Source of the DNA: Takakia lepidozioides
Taxonomy: Eukaryota > Plantae > Bryophyta
Assembly: GCA_030704615.1 (NCBI GenBank)
Contig: CM060732.1
Span: forward strand, 61,938,001-62,002,000
DNA length: 64,000 nucleotides
Direction of reading: 5' to 3'
Shown here: one piece after another, positions 37,745 through 49,866 of the stretch
Layout of the letters: each line of letters opens with the position of its first letter
How positions within the stretch are numbered: position 1 is the first letter of the stretch
The notes under the pieces: generated by a model
The model's input: the letters and a program-made list of their open reading frames with translations, nothing else
The model's database searches: none
What the model was told of the DNA's origin: nothing
Made by a program: the position numbers and the translations under genes

Positions 37745-39145
37745 TTGTTCTTATTTTACGGCCCGGAAGTTCAGTGGTGTTATATTATAGAACTCGCAGT
37801 TTGGGGGCACTGCTGCACTCGGGCTCTGGATTTGATCCGGGCGCCTTCCATTACATACCCCATTTTTTTTTTTTTAAGGTCCGATTACACACTAATGAGT
37901 GTGGGGGAAGATGAAACTGAGGTCGATATTTTTGGTTTCCACGATGAGAAGAATATCAATATGTAGAGCAATTTCATTCGGGCCCTGATTCTAGAGTGGT
38001 CCAGGAATTACTGTGGCCAGGAATTACAGGGGGTGCTTATGTAGTATGGCCACGTGTATTAAGGAATGAGATCAGGGGGTCAAAAAAAAAAGGGAGGAAT
38101 TGGCCAAATTTAGAGTAGGGAGTCTTGTAGGGTTGACATGTGTCCAGGGCCTTCACCCTGAGAGGGTATATAAGGGAGGCCCCCCTCTTACTACCTACTA
38201 ACTTACTACTTATTAAATTAGTAAATAGTGGGCTCTGCAAAGGCAGGGCCCCCTAAAAAAAACAGCAAACATGAATCAATTTCTGGTGTTTGGGGGAAGG
38301 TCTTGCATATCCACGAGCGTCAGCATGATGTAGGTCTTTTGAGAATCTGACATATCGGCTGTTGGGTCTGAATTTGATTTTTGAAAAATATTCAGTTATG
38401 TGTGCAAATGTACATCCAGCCCCTATGTTTATCCAAAAGGTATAAGGGTACCTTTTAGGGTATAAGGGTATATAAGGGTAAATTTCCATTATTATTACTA
38501 TTATTATTATTATTATTATTATATTATCTCTTTGTAATAAAATCAAAAACAAAATCCACTTCCTTTTTGTATTTCATTTCTCACCCCTTTTGTTTTCTTT
38601 TTTCTTGTTTTTTTTAAACAGAACAGGGGACAGGGGACCCCTTTTTCCCCCCAAAAAAAAGGTTTAAAACAGACAGAGCCTGCTCTGTGTAACTTACTAG
38701 AAAGTTACAAGAGTTCCTAGAGGAGTAGGTGGCGGTGCTCCAACGTGCTAGGCGTTGGCTGATGTTATTCCATTTTCTTTTATTTATTATTTGTTTTGGA
38801 AGAGATAAAATATCAAATTGTTTTTATTTTACGGCCCGGAAGTTCGGTGGTGTTATATTATCGATCTGCAGTTTGGGGCACTGCTCTGGATCCGAGCGCC
38901 TTCCATTAGATACTAATCAGTGTGGGGGATACTTTTGGTTTCCATGTTGAGAAGAATATCAATTACTGGTGTTGGGGGAATGTCTTGCATATCCACGAGC
39001 ATCACTATGATGTAGGTATTTTGAGAATTTGATGTATCGGCCGTTGGGTCGGAATCTGATTTTTGAAAAATATTCAGTTAGGTATGTGTGCAAATGTACA
39101 TCCAGCCCCGATATTTATCCAAAAGGTATAAGCAAATAAGGGTAC
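37745..39145. repeat. Degenerate local tandem duplication; copy 2 resumes at about 45330-45475 after nested insertions
   Basis: 37750-37960 matches 38825-38962, 38280-38450 matches 38965-39145, and 38530-38750 matches 45335-45470. Confidence 0.8.
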
Positions 39146-39984
39146 TTAATAGTCGTATGGCTGTTTTATTTTTCCCTGAATCAGGTCTGATATTATCATC
39201 GATAACTGTCTCCATTGACATTATCTAATGTCTCTCATTTTTGAATAATTGGGAGTTTATGTCGCGCGTGTGGGAGGGCGCGCACGCCCGCACGAACGCG
39301 GGGTCGCCCTCCCCCGCTCCGCCCACCCCCACCTGCCAGCCGCGCAGCGCGGTTGGCAGCCCCGCAGCCGCCCGTGGCCTTGCCCGCACGCCGCCCGGAC
39401 CGCGGCCCTCGCCCGCCCGCCCGCCCGCCCTCGCCGCTGGGTCCGCCCGCTATCGGGTCCCAGTGGGTCTGCATTTGCTGGGGTCTGCCCAAGCTCGGTC
39501 TGCGCGGTTTGCCGCCAAGCAGCCCGATCCGGCAGACCCAAACGCACCCCAGATGATGTGCCGCCCATCTCACCATGATGTCGCACTACTATCGTAGCCG
39601 CCCGGATTTAGGGCATGGCAGCCGCCGCCAATCGTGGGCGAAGACTGTTTCATCGATCTTTTCCTCCCTCTGGTCTGTTCCTGCCAACGCGCTTCCGTCC
39701 TGCCAAGAACGTGAGTGTTGTCGTCCTTCGCTTCCACTTTTCCAGGTCGTATTGCAGGTGCTTTCGAGTGCGCGAAGGGGTACTGCAATGTATATGGCAA
39801 CGGCCATCGATGCCCAACCAGAAAGCTTTCTTATACGTCGGCAGAAGATGTTGGACTTGGGCCATGCGCGCTACATCCTGTGCGTGTTCACCAAGTTGCA
39901 ATACACCATGTGCGTTTTCACCCTATTGCAGTAGACCCTGTGCCTGTCGATACGACCCTGGTCTGCTAAGGTCATTTCATGCAG

Positions 39985-41960
39985 TTCCCCTTGTACACGT
40001 TGATGGTGTTCGACCAATGGTTGAACGGAATCAGCATGCAATCGAACATTAGACCTTATCCCGTGGATGCTAGCATTGCGTGATGCCCTCCTTCTGGAAA
40101 AGCCCAACTGGCGGCCAAATGCCTTAATTGTCGACGACGCTGAAGCAGAAATCAATGCAATCCGGTATGCCACATCTCAATCTGCCCTATGGTCTGCTGT
40201 ATGGTCTGCTGCAAGGTCTGCCATGTCTGGTCTGGTATGCCACATCTCATTCTGCCCTATGGTCTGCCCTATGGTCCGCTCCAGGGTCTGCTATATGGTC
40301 TGCCCTATATGGTTTGCCCTGTTTATCTCATGCTTGTGGCAGTGCCGAATACGAATGCCCGGTTCAGGCACTTCTGACTTTGTGGCTGCATGCAGGTCTG
40401 TTTTCACAGGAGTATGCATTTTTCTTTGCCTTTGGCATGTACGGAAGGCCTGGGTCAAGCAATCATGCCAGAAAATCAGTGATCCGGTGTCGCGCACCTC
40501 ACTTCGGTAAGCTCCCCTTCAAGTCATAATTACTCGCCTTGATGCGCGCGCCTAACTCCCAACCTAGCCGCCGGGCCAACTCGGAGCTTCGGCTGCTCAC
40601 CGGGACATGACGGTCCCCCTTTCTTCCCCCAACAGACCCTCCACCAATTTGGGCCTAGTGGAAATTCCCTTTGGTAGATGGCAGTCCGGAATAGCTCCCC
40701 ACTCCTTGGTCGCTTTCCGGCTCGCTTGCTTACTCACTAGTTTTTGGTCACCAACGGGCTTGCACCATTCTCGGGGTTATTACTCCCTATATATACTTCT
40801 ATGACTGTCCGCGGGGGTTCCACAAACAACACCATCCTTCTATGGCAAACCACCACGAAGACCCTTGATTCCCGGTGATGAGTCGCGGTGAGTCTTGGCC
40901 CACCCACCACGGCCCCATTGGACCGTGATGAGTCCCAAGACTCCCCACGACTCCCACCACAAGGTCTCCGCCCCATGTGCCACCCCCACTAAGTCCCACT
41001 AAGCTACCACCACCCCTTGTGGAGCCACCCCCACCGCAACCTGGTGTGCAGGGCTCCACCTAGTGAGCACCTCCGCCTCCTTGAGTGCCTTGGGCACTCA
41101 AGGGTGCTTCAGCCCCCCCGTACCTATAGCTGTCACTATCCCCACCACAGGGGCAGCCCCTCTGCGTCCCGACCCCCTGCCCTCAAGGCAAATGGCCGCG
41201 ACATCTGGGAACATCCTCGAAACTGTTGGCAGATATGGGTGACCTTATGTACTGCAGAGGTGGACCGCAAAAAGAAGACGAAGCTGTGAAATGGGTTAAG
41301 AAAAAATTGAATGCAATGAAAAAGAAATATCCGTCTGGTCAGTTGTTCATCCACTACATTCATGTGTACTGGGTTCCCAAAATCGCTATGTGGTGTACTG
41401 CTGCCCGCAACATTCCACATGCAAGCCAAGATACTAATGCGAGCATCGAGGCATACCACGGAAACTTAAAGGCGAGACTTAATATGGGCAAAGGCAAAAT
41501 GACCGGTCGAAGAGCCGATTGGCTCATATGGGAGTTGACTGGGCATGTACTGGTCCACTACTGGTACGGCATTCATCTGAAGACGCATGGGTTTATTCGC
41601 AACGATAAACAGGAAAAACACATTTCCAGTGCAATATGTGCAGCCCGTGACATACCTCTTTCACGTGTGACTTTGCCTACAGCGCCTGGGCAGCCTACTT
41701 ACGTGATCAACTCCTCCGATCCAAATACAACATACACCGTGTTCAATCCAGAGTCGTAGTGGGCCTGCTGCACCTGCCCGTGGGCTTTGAAAGGCAATCT
41801 GTGCAAGCACCAGGTTCGGGTCATAAAGTTGCTAAAACCAGACCTGCAAGACGGTCTCATTGTCCGGACATGTGGTTCCCACTTCAGTACTGTTCACGGT
41901 GGGCTGGAGAATTTGGACGAACACGACGACATGGCAGCATGCGACCTCGAAAACGGTAAC
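39985..41960 (+). pseudogene. MULE transposase with SWIM zinc finger, disrupted
   Basis: Motifs: FPLYTLMVFDQWLNG, IVDDAEAEINAIR, CLWHVRKAW, DTNASIEAYH and the SWIM finger CTCPWALKGNLCKHQ. It has an in-frame TAG at 41757 and a solo-LTR insertion, and the 5' region appears deleted. Confidence 0.9.
40488..41203. mobile_element. Solo LTR (716 bp) inserted in the MULE transposase
   Basis: The ends are inverted (TGTCGCG...CGCGACA) and flanked by a 5-bp TSD, TCCGG/TCTGG. Removing the LTR restores the frame KISDPGTSSKLLADMGDLMY. There is an internal TATATA. Confidence 0.88.
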
Positions 41961-43399
41961 GTGCGTGCAAGCGCAACCCCGAACACAACAGAGTCATTGC
42001 TCACGGCAGACCTGTTGGAAGCTATTTTGAAACTGGATATAACCGACTTGCTTGACCTAACAACGCATACCTTATACACCATTGCTTGTATGCGGTGCGT
42101 GTTTGCCGAGGGCAGATGCAGGACATCCTCGTCAAAAAAGCTTCCGGCATGTTACACCCGGCTGCAGCACGAGCGTTCAATCGTGTAAAAGACAACAACA
42201 ACATATCATTGAAGAGGAAAAAAGATTTTGTGGAACATTTTCAAGCTCTGCGGAAAATAAAACTAAATGGGGGGAAACGTGTGTCTGCCCTTCCCCCTGT
42301 TAGCCATATTTACTCGGCTCTGAGGCGGGTGTCTCATCGTCCAAAACTGAGAAAGATGGATCAATCTAACTAAGGAAATGACATGCAGTTGTCCAATGCG
42401 GTAGATCAATTCTCACCTGCAGTAGACCAATTCGGCAGACCATTATCGCAGACCACCTGCAGTAGACCAGATCGGCAGACCATTATTGCAGACCATGATC
42501 GCACACCACCTGCAGTAGACCAGAACTGACTTGTAATAGACCAATGCGGCAGAGCATCTGCGACTCCCTTAATGTGTTTTTTAAAGGTTTGATGAAGGAG
42601 ACCATGAAGTCAAAAAATGAGCCAAAGTGAACCAGATAAATGTAGCAGAGTAATGTAGTAGAGTAATGAAGCAAGCATAGTTCAATGAAGCAGACCAAAA
42701 ACAGTACACTCGACTAACGATGGGACTGACTTGTGCCCCATATTTAGCCGACCACCGAATTTAGTATACCACTATCTCACGGAGCAGACCAACAACTGTG
42801 GTCCAAACTCAGTCCACTCCGTGGAGGTAGCAGACCAATAACATTAATTCAGTAGCAGACCACGTCGAGGAGTACTGCATACATCGACAGATCAATAACA
42901 TCGGACCAGCACACCACGTGGATCACTACTCAATACAAAACGTCGACCAGAAGTAGTAGCAGTAGACCACGACAACAGACTCATGAAATGTTCCACAGAC
43001 CATATGAAGCAGACCAATACAGTACAGGGGTAGCCCAAGACAGTACACTCGACTAACGATGGGACTGACCTGTGCCACCGAATTTGGTATACCACTATCT
43101 CATGGAGGAGACCAACAACTGTGGTCCAAACTAAGTCCACTCCGTGGAGATAGCAGACCGGTCAGTTCAAAAGCAGACCACGGCCAGGAGTACAGCATAC
43201 ATCGGTTCACAAGCAGACCACGTGGAGCACTACTCAATACAAAACATCGACCAGAAATGTTTAGCAGTAGACCACGACAGCGGACTAATGAAATGATCCA
43301 CAAAAGTGTACATCATATATAAAAATGAACAGACCTGCATCACAGACCACATGAGTGAATTTTCATTTATAGCCAGGCCTAGATGAAATAACCCGGACT

Positions 43400-44840
43400 T
43401 CGGAAGAGTCTGACACGTCCGAAATCTTCCTAGATGACAACTGCCTTTCTACAACTACATTCTCCATAGTACTGAGTGCTTTCAAAATGTACTCAACATA
43501 TTTTAGGCGTTGTCTGCAAGCATAGTGGAATGTAAACCACTTTGAGGTAAACTACTTTCCTCTCTCTCTAAGTCCTTTGCCACGATCGCCCTTCAACCAA
43601 TCGTAGAACCCCTCGATAAATGACATGACGTAAAAGCCACATTCCCAAGAGAAGGGTTACTGTGGCACTTCAGGGACATGAAAATTGAATCCAAGGGCCT
43701 CGTCCCACGACGCAGTGTGTGGCTCCAAGCCGAGACATGCTCCATACACGTTTCGAACCCATGGCAATATCTCCACGGGTTTGTGCATATCCTTGATTGA
43801 GTTCAGATGAGTGAACACACGGAGCACCTGGTCAATAATCACCAAACTCCAATGAGACCTGCCACAACGCAGGGCGCATCAGCACAAGGGAACAACTGCA
43901 AATCAAAATGGCAGACCCATTGAGCAGACAAGTAGACCTGGGCAGACCAATGTTGTAGACCAGTGATGGTGGACCACTGATAAAGGGTAGAGAAACAGTG
44001 GTACGCACGAACGCAGAGCACTTACCCATCAACTATTGGTACCAGTATGTACTTGCAGGTCTTCAGGTCCTTCCCCATACGATGCACTGTCAATCCGTGC
44101 TCCACCTGCGAGCAAACCCGTTCCTAACCTGCACTCCAGTGAATCTTCACTACACTCCAAACCCACGTCGGCAAAATAACAACATCATTATATGTCTTGA
44201 CATCCAGATCCTTCTGATAAAACCTACACCACAATTCAAGCAATCGGTCTGTAACCTCGGATTCCTATTTCTCTAGCGATTTGAGGTCCTCGGTGGAAAT
44301 ACTGCACTCAAACTGTGGTCGTTTTCAAAAAAGTACAGCATTGCTTTTCCCTCAGAGATATGTGCGTTGAAAGTGGAGCCAAATCGGGTAGTGAACATGC
44401 ACAAACTCGGAAAAACCCTTTAAGAACCGGGCTGGCGGACCCAAAAGGACCAGACCTACAACGGATACGGTTCCAGACCCAAGGACCAGACCAACGGAGC
44501 AGGCCAATGGAGCGGACGAACGACAGCCACATCTAACCCAGCAGACCCATGAAGCAGACCCATACAACCTTTTTGCTGCAGACCCATAGACTTGGTGTGT
44601 TTAGAGCATCGCAAGCAGACCAACGACACTTATTTTTGTTTGTTACGCAGCTTCGCAACTTCGCTCTCCACTTCCAAGCAGACCTTCCGGTCAGCACTCA
44701 TGTATACTCCGGACTTCAGTTTTTTTACAACGCCTTTTTGGGGGGAAATTGTTTTTAGCCTCGGGTCTGCCACGCCATCTGGTATGCGCTTCTTCCCAGC
44801 TCTATTTGGTGAAGCAGGTTCCTCCAACTTCTTTTCCAAT
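43400..44840 (-). pseudogene. Ulp1/peptidase C48 (SUMO-protease-like) gene carried by the MULE
   Basis: EDLKSL...KYILVPIVDG, then an intron (GTAAG..AG), then SHWSLVIID...HLNS...VPQ*PFSWECGFYV. The catalytic H and C are present, D is changed to N, and there are several stops. Confidence 0.85.
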
Positions 44841-45190
44841 ACAACAGCGCCGCGGTCCAGGGGCGGGCAGGGCCGCGGGCGGCTGCGGGGCTGCCGACTG
44901 CGCTGCGCGGCTGGCAGCTGGGGGTGGGCGGGGCGGGGGAGGGCGACCCTGCGTCCGTGCGGGCGCCCTGTCCCACACGCGCGACATAAACTCCCAATTA
45001 TTGAAAAATGAGAGGCTTATCTAATACGAAAAAACCTAGCTAGTGTAGTTTTGGTGCACTTTTAATAGCATAAAATCCCGATTGTCCTGTTACGCCGTGG
45101 AGCCCATGGGCTCACCCCGTAATCTCAGATTTCGGGCAGATAGGCAAGTAATTTTCTTTTCACGGTCATAAATGCGGTTTTTACGTGAGC

Positions 45191-45287
45191 TAAAGTCCTA
45201 TAACTCAGGCTTTAGGGGATTCAAGATTCCCACGCCCTCAGGGCTGTGGAACCTTGAATCCCCTAAAGCCCTCGTTGCAGGACTTTA
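45191..45287. repeat. Near-perfect ~95-bp palindrome
   Basis: taaagtcct..ggctttaggggattcaag..cac gccc tca gggc tgtg..cttgaatcccctaaagcc..aggacttta. Confidence 0.9.
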
Positions 45288-45502
45288 CCTAATACATAAT
45301 ACATAACCTCGGATACAAAAATATGACATTATGTCTTTGTAATAAAATCCACTTCCTTTTTTAATTTCATTTCTCACCCCTTTTTCCCCCGAAAAAAACG
45401 CGGCTTATTAACTTACTAGAAAGTTACGAAACTTACTAGAGGAGTAGGTGGCGGTGCTACGACTTGCTAGGCTAGCGTGGCAGCCCCATGAGCGCCCGAT
45501 AG

Positions 45503-45735
45503 GCCACGTGCCAGAGAGAACTGCGGTCAGTGTCTGACCTGACCACGGTTACAGTAACACTGTCTCTCTCCCCCCCAGCGAAGGTTTTTGTGCGCGCGAG
45601 TAAATGTTGTTGGAGGTTTTTACTTCATTTTTCTGCTCTGACCCCCAAGTGTCACAGAGATTCTTGACGCGCTTCTGCATTTTTTACTTTTTCTACCTGT
45701 AGTCTCCGCAAATCCTCTCTGCCCCCTTATAAGCG
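45503..45735 (+). promoter_or_regulatory. Likely SDC promoter elements (G-box, TATA-like element, CT-rich leader)
   Basis: GCCACGTG at about 45503 and CTTATAAG at about 45726, followed by a pyrimidine-rich tract upstream of ATG 45992. Confidence 0.4.
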
Positions 45736-45991
45736 GTCTCTCTCTCACTCCCCCTCTCCATTGTTCCCCTTCCTATCGCAGCCTCCTTCAGTTTGCGGCT
45801 CTGAGCCGGAACGCTCTGTTAGTGCTCAGATGCGGCACACTTTTCTTGCTACAGCGCAACATCTAGTTGCCGTGACTCTGCATTAGCTGCGATTCTTGAA
45901 CGAAAGGGGCTACAAGTTTGTACCCGGTTTTGAAGGGAGGGAGATAGTTCTCTTGGAGGAAGAGAAAGAGGAAGAGAGAGTTAGAACGAAG

Positions 45992-46896
45992 ATGGTGAGA
46001 AGTACGGGGGAAACAACTTACTGTGTGCAGTTACCGTCCACCGTCCTCACGACTTCCTTGAAGCAATTTTCGTCTCCACCTCCTGAACCTCTTCCTGAAG
46101 AAATTCCTTTGGACGCACTCAAGACTGTACTTCCTGTATTGGATGACAGCGGGAATGGCCATGCTAAGGAACGCAGTCTGGCCATGGGAAGAAACATTCA
46201 CGAGAGCTGCTGGGAAATCACTGAGCCAGAGATCGACGACGAGGTCACTGGAGAGAAAGATGCGTACATGGCGAGCATTTTGGCTCGATACCGAAAAACG
46301 CTTGTGGACAGAACAAAGTTCCATCTAGGTGCGTTCACTCTTTGGTACTACCGTGCGGTGCTGGAAGCACCGTGGCTAGAGAGAAGTAAGTACGATCGTG
46401 ACAGGACAGAGAAATGTACATAGTGAATGTTGTGTGGTGCACAATGGGTGCGACGGATAGGAGATACAAAAATGTACTCGTGAGTCCAATTCTGCCTCCT
46501 TGCTAGATACTGTAGCCTTCCAGTCCTGGACCTTGCGAGGACAGACCTCCACTCTATGTAGTTACCATCGCTCTGCCATTGCCCTCATCATCGGTTCAGG
46601 CGAATGAATTTAGATGCACTTGGTTTTTACATAAATGTGAGGTTGTAAACAAAATGGCAATTGTGTGCCGAGAGTCACAAAGAGCAGCTTTGCAAGGTTT
46701 AGGTGAGTGCTCCCTGAGGAAAAAAATCCATTGCAGATATGTAACGCTGTGAGTGGCGACTACGTGGACTACCAGTATAACGCAATCTAGGTGCTGAGTT
46801 TGCCTTCCTTTTAAACCGGGAAATGGAGTTCACGTGCAGTTGTTCCTAGTCATTTCAGTAGCAAGTTGAACTCGCCTTGTGCGCTGCAAGGTGTCT

Positions 46897-46931
<35 letters not shown>

Positions 46932-49866
46932 ATGATGCAATGACGTCGAGCTCCTACCTTGCCTTTAGTGCGGAAGATCAGAGAATGCCAAATATGATAA
47001 TGCAAAGAAAGAACCATCGCAGCAGTGAGAAAGAAGCGGAGAAAGAGACCAGGTAAAGAACACTGGTCTGGCGAGAGTTGTGACCACTACACCACATTAG
47101 ACAACTAAGCATGAGTGCTCCATGTTGGAAACTACGAATGCTTGTTGTTGGGAGGCTATGAGTTATGATTCAGTAAATACATGGCCTATCAGTCCAGAGA
47201 AGTGGTTATAGTGTTGCATGTCTAATTACAGACATTTTGGAAATGATTGTCTCTGTGCAGGATATCCCTACAACCTGGACTTTGACTATGGTGCGCTATC
47301 ACAGCTGCAGCATTTTTCTATCAACAATCTGGGGGACCCTTTTATCGAGAGTAACTATGGTGTACATTCCAGGCAGTTTGAGGTAGGTGTGTTGGACTGG
47401 TTTGCGCGTCTCTGGGAGCTGGAGAAAGATGAATACTGGGGCTACATAACTAACTGCGGCACTGAGGGGAATCTTCACGGCATATTGATCGGGTTTGTTA
47501 CTATTCTCTTCTCTCCCCCACTCTTACCCCTGCTGAAAGTAGTATAGAAGTGCAATGACATGCCGTATCCTGCTGAGAGATCTTGAGGGGGTTCAATGCG
47601 GAGTGATAAGGGGTTTTCATTAATACGAAGGATTCACTCATCCCCACATAGGTTCAACCTCACACACCCGGAGGTTGCAATCACATGCTTGTGATATTGG
47701 GTGTATCCGTAAGTTGTCTTGATGGGTTAATTTTATTCCTGGTACTCTTCTCGACAGTTTTTTGTATTTGTTTCATGGACTGTGATCACTTTTGGCAGGA
47801 GGGAAGTGCTTCCAGATGGCATCTTATATGCATCAAAGGATTCACATTACTCAGTATTTAAAGCTGCACGGATGTATAGAATGGAAGTGGTGAAAGTGGA
47901 CACGCTGTTGTCAGGGGAGATTGATTGCACAGATCTTTGCTGCAAGCTGACAGAGAATAAAAACAAACCTGCCATCTTGAATGTCAATATTGGTAAGCAG
48001 AGGTGACTCCACCAGAGTGGATTGTTTCAGTGACTCTTTGTCTGATGGAGAGAGTGTCAAACTGGATTACTTGACTTCAATTTAAGTCTTGTATCTATAT
48101 GCCGCCAGTTTATGCTTATACCCTCTCATGAGTGAGGCAAGGGTTTATGTATGGGTTTATGTAAGGGGTTATATATTGTGCTTCATGTCCATGGTGAAAG
48201 AGCTTTGTAGTCGTCACCATGCACTCTTGATTATTGCATTTCTGCTTTTTTAGCAATCCCGAGCATGTATCTGCTACATCATTTGCACGTGTAGTCCTCC
48301 AAACAAGCATTTTAGCCTTCCCTGGAAAGAATGCAGGGTCAGCAGCACCTAAGCAGGTGGGACATTATAGTTGATGAGGAAGGTAAGCATGTTGGATACA
48401 TTTCCAACATCCATTTTGAGATGTGGCTCATTTGCAAGGGTAGGAATTAATATGGAAATTTGCTATGTTCTGCATGCTTGCAGGCACAACAGTGAAAGGG
48501 GCAGTGGATGACTTGGACATGGTGTTGAAGACTCTCAAAGACTTGGGCTTCACTGAAGATCGTTTCTATATTCATGTTGATGGTGCACTCTTTGGACTTA
48601 TGATGCCCTTTGTTAAAAAGGTATTGCGCATACTGCATCACTTTCCCCTGCTATATGCAGTAGCGATACACTTGCACCAATCTGGTAGATCTTTTTCTTT
48701 GTTGTATTTTCGGTTGAGCCATCACCCAGAGGTCAAAATTCCAGTTTGGGAGTGTTGATGGGGACTAAACCATTTCACCTTGTGGGTGTTTGCAGGCTCC
48801 TAAGGTGACTTTCAAGAAGCCAATTGGCAGTGTGAGTGTGTCAGGTCATAAGTTTGTTGGTTGTCCAATGCCGTGTGGTGTCCAAATTACACGCATGAAG
48901 CACATCAACACTCTATCTCGCAATGTTGAGTACCTAGCTTCTCGTGATGCAACTATTATGGGTAGCCGGAATGGCCATGCCCCTATCTTCCTATGGTACA
49001 CCCTCAACCGGAAGGGTTATGGTGGATTTCAAAAGGAAGTGCAACGGTGCCTTCGAAATGCACACTATCTTAAAGACTGCTTGCGAGATGCTAAATTTGG
49101 AGTCTTGCTTAATGAGCTCAGCAGCACGGTTGTGTTTGAAAGGCCTCAAGACGAAACCTTTGTTCGCAAATGGCAGCTGGCATGCCAGGTGAGAATTCCC
49201 CCTCTCCTTTTTTAAACAGAAAATTACTCTAAAGGCTACATAAGACTATCTCCTATGCCAGTCCAGATTAGTGCCGGGCTTAGTCTTCAAGCCTCCTTTT
49301 TATTTAGCTATCTGCATTTGTATCAAGCATGCAATTAGGCTGCCACCTAATCTTTTTAATAGGTCTTTTGTATACCCTGGTTTCCTGTTTGCACTAGAAG
49401 CCTCTTCTCTTGAAGGAGGAAGATCTTTTATGATCTTAAGAGTAGTTCAAATGAGGTATCTGACATTAGTCAAGACATTACATATTTTGCAATGTTTGGG
49501 ATTTTACATCTTTTTGTATGGAAGGCTTAGACAGCATATGAAAGATTCTTTAATCTAAACTAAGAACATGGTGGGAGCTAGCTGTCCATCTGCAAGTGTA
49601 CATCATATGTCTATGTCGGCACTAACAGGATCATGTTTTTCCCTTGCCAGGGCAAGATTGCACATGCGGTTGTCATGCCAAGTGTGACTGTCGAGAAACT
49701 TGATGATTTCATGAAAGAGCTGATTGAGAGCCGGAACCGCTCTTTTCCAGATGGTAATGTTGTTATCCCCTGTATTGTGGAGGAGGTAGGAGAACTAAAT
49801 TGTGCTTGTGCGCAATGCACCTGTGTTGACCTCCCCCAAGGTCACAAGGAGAGGAATTTACACTAG
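45992..49866 (+). CDS. SDC: Serine decarboxylase (group II PLP-dependent)
   Basis: Exons 45992-46328, 47261-47492, 47799-47992, 48484-48620, 48796-49188 and 49651-49866. Motifs [29 protein letters not shown] and SVSGHKF (PLP lysine). Confidence 0.96.
46899..46929. repeat. (CT)n microsatellite
   Basis: About 15 CT units in SDC intron 1. A similar tract lies at about 51614-51649. Confidence 0.95.

Larger units (their letters stand above)
39230..45016. mobile_element. Mutator-like element (MULE), 5787 bp, with ~150-bp GC-rich TIRs and a 9-bp TSD
   Basis: The TSD TTATCTAAT is at 39221-39229 and 45017-45025. The ends read gtctctcatttttgaataattgggagtttatgtcgcgcgtgtggga and tcccacacgcgcgacataaactcccaattattgaaaaatgagaggc. 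Confidence 0.95.

Noticed and set aside
39235-39600. Overlapping Arg/Gly/Pro-rich ORFs (also 13420-13930 and 44750-45020)
   Set aside because: These are artefacts of GC-rich TIR or element sequence that lacks stop codons.
40550-40620. HDV-like ribozyme (…gggccaac…ttcg…gggac)
   Set aside because: The P1/P3 pseudoknot pairings cannot be built, and the segment lies within the solo LTR.
40508-41231. Intron in the MULE transposase (GTAAG…CAG)
   Set aside because: It is better explained by a solo LTR with TG..CA inverted ends and a 5-bp TSD, whose removal restores the frame.
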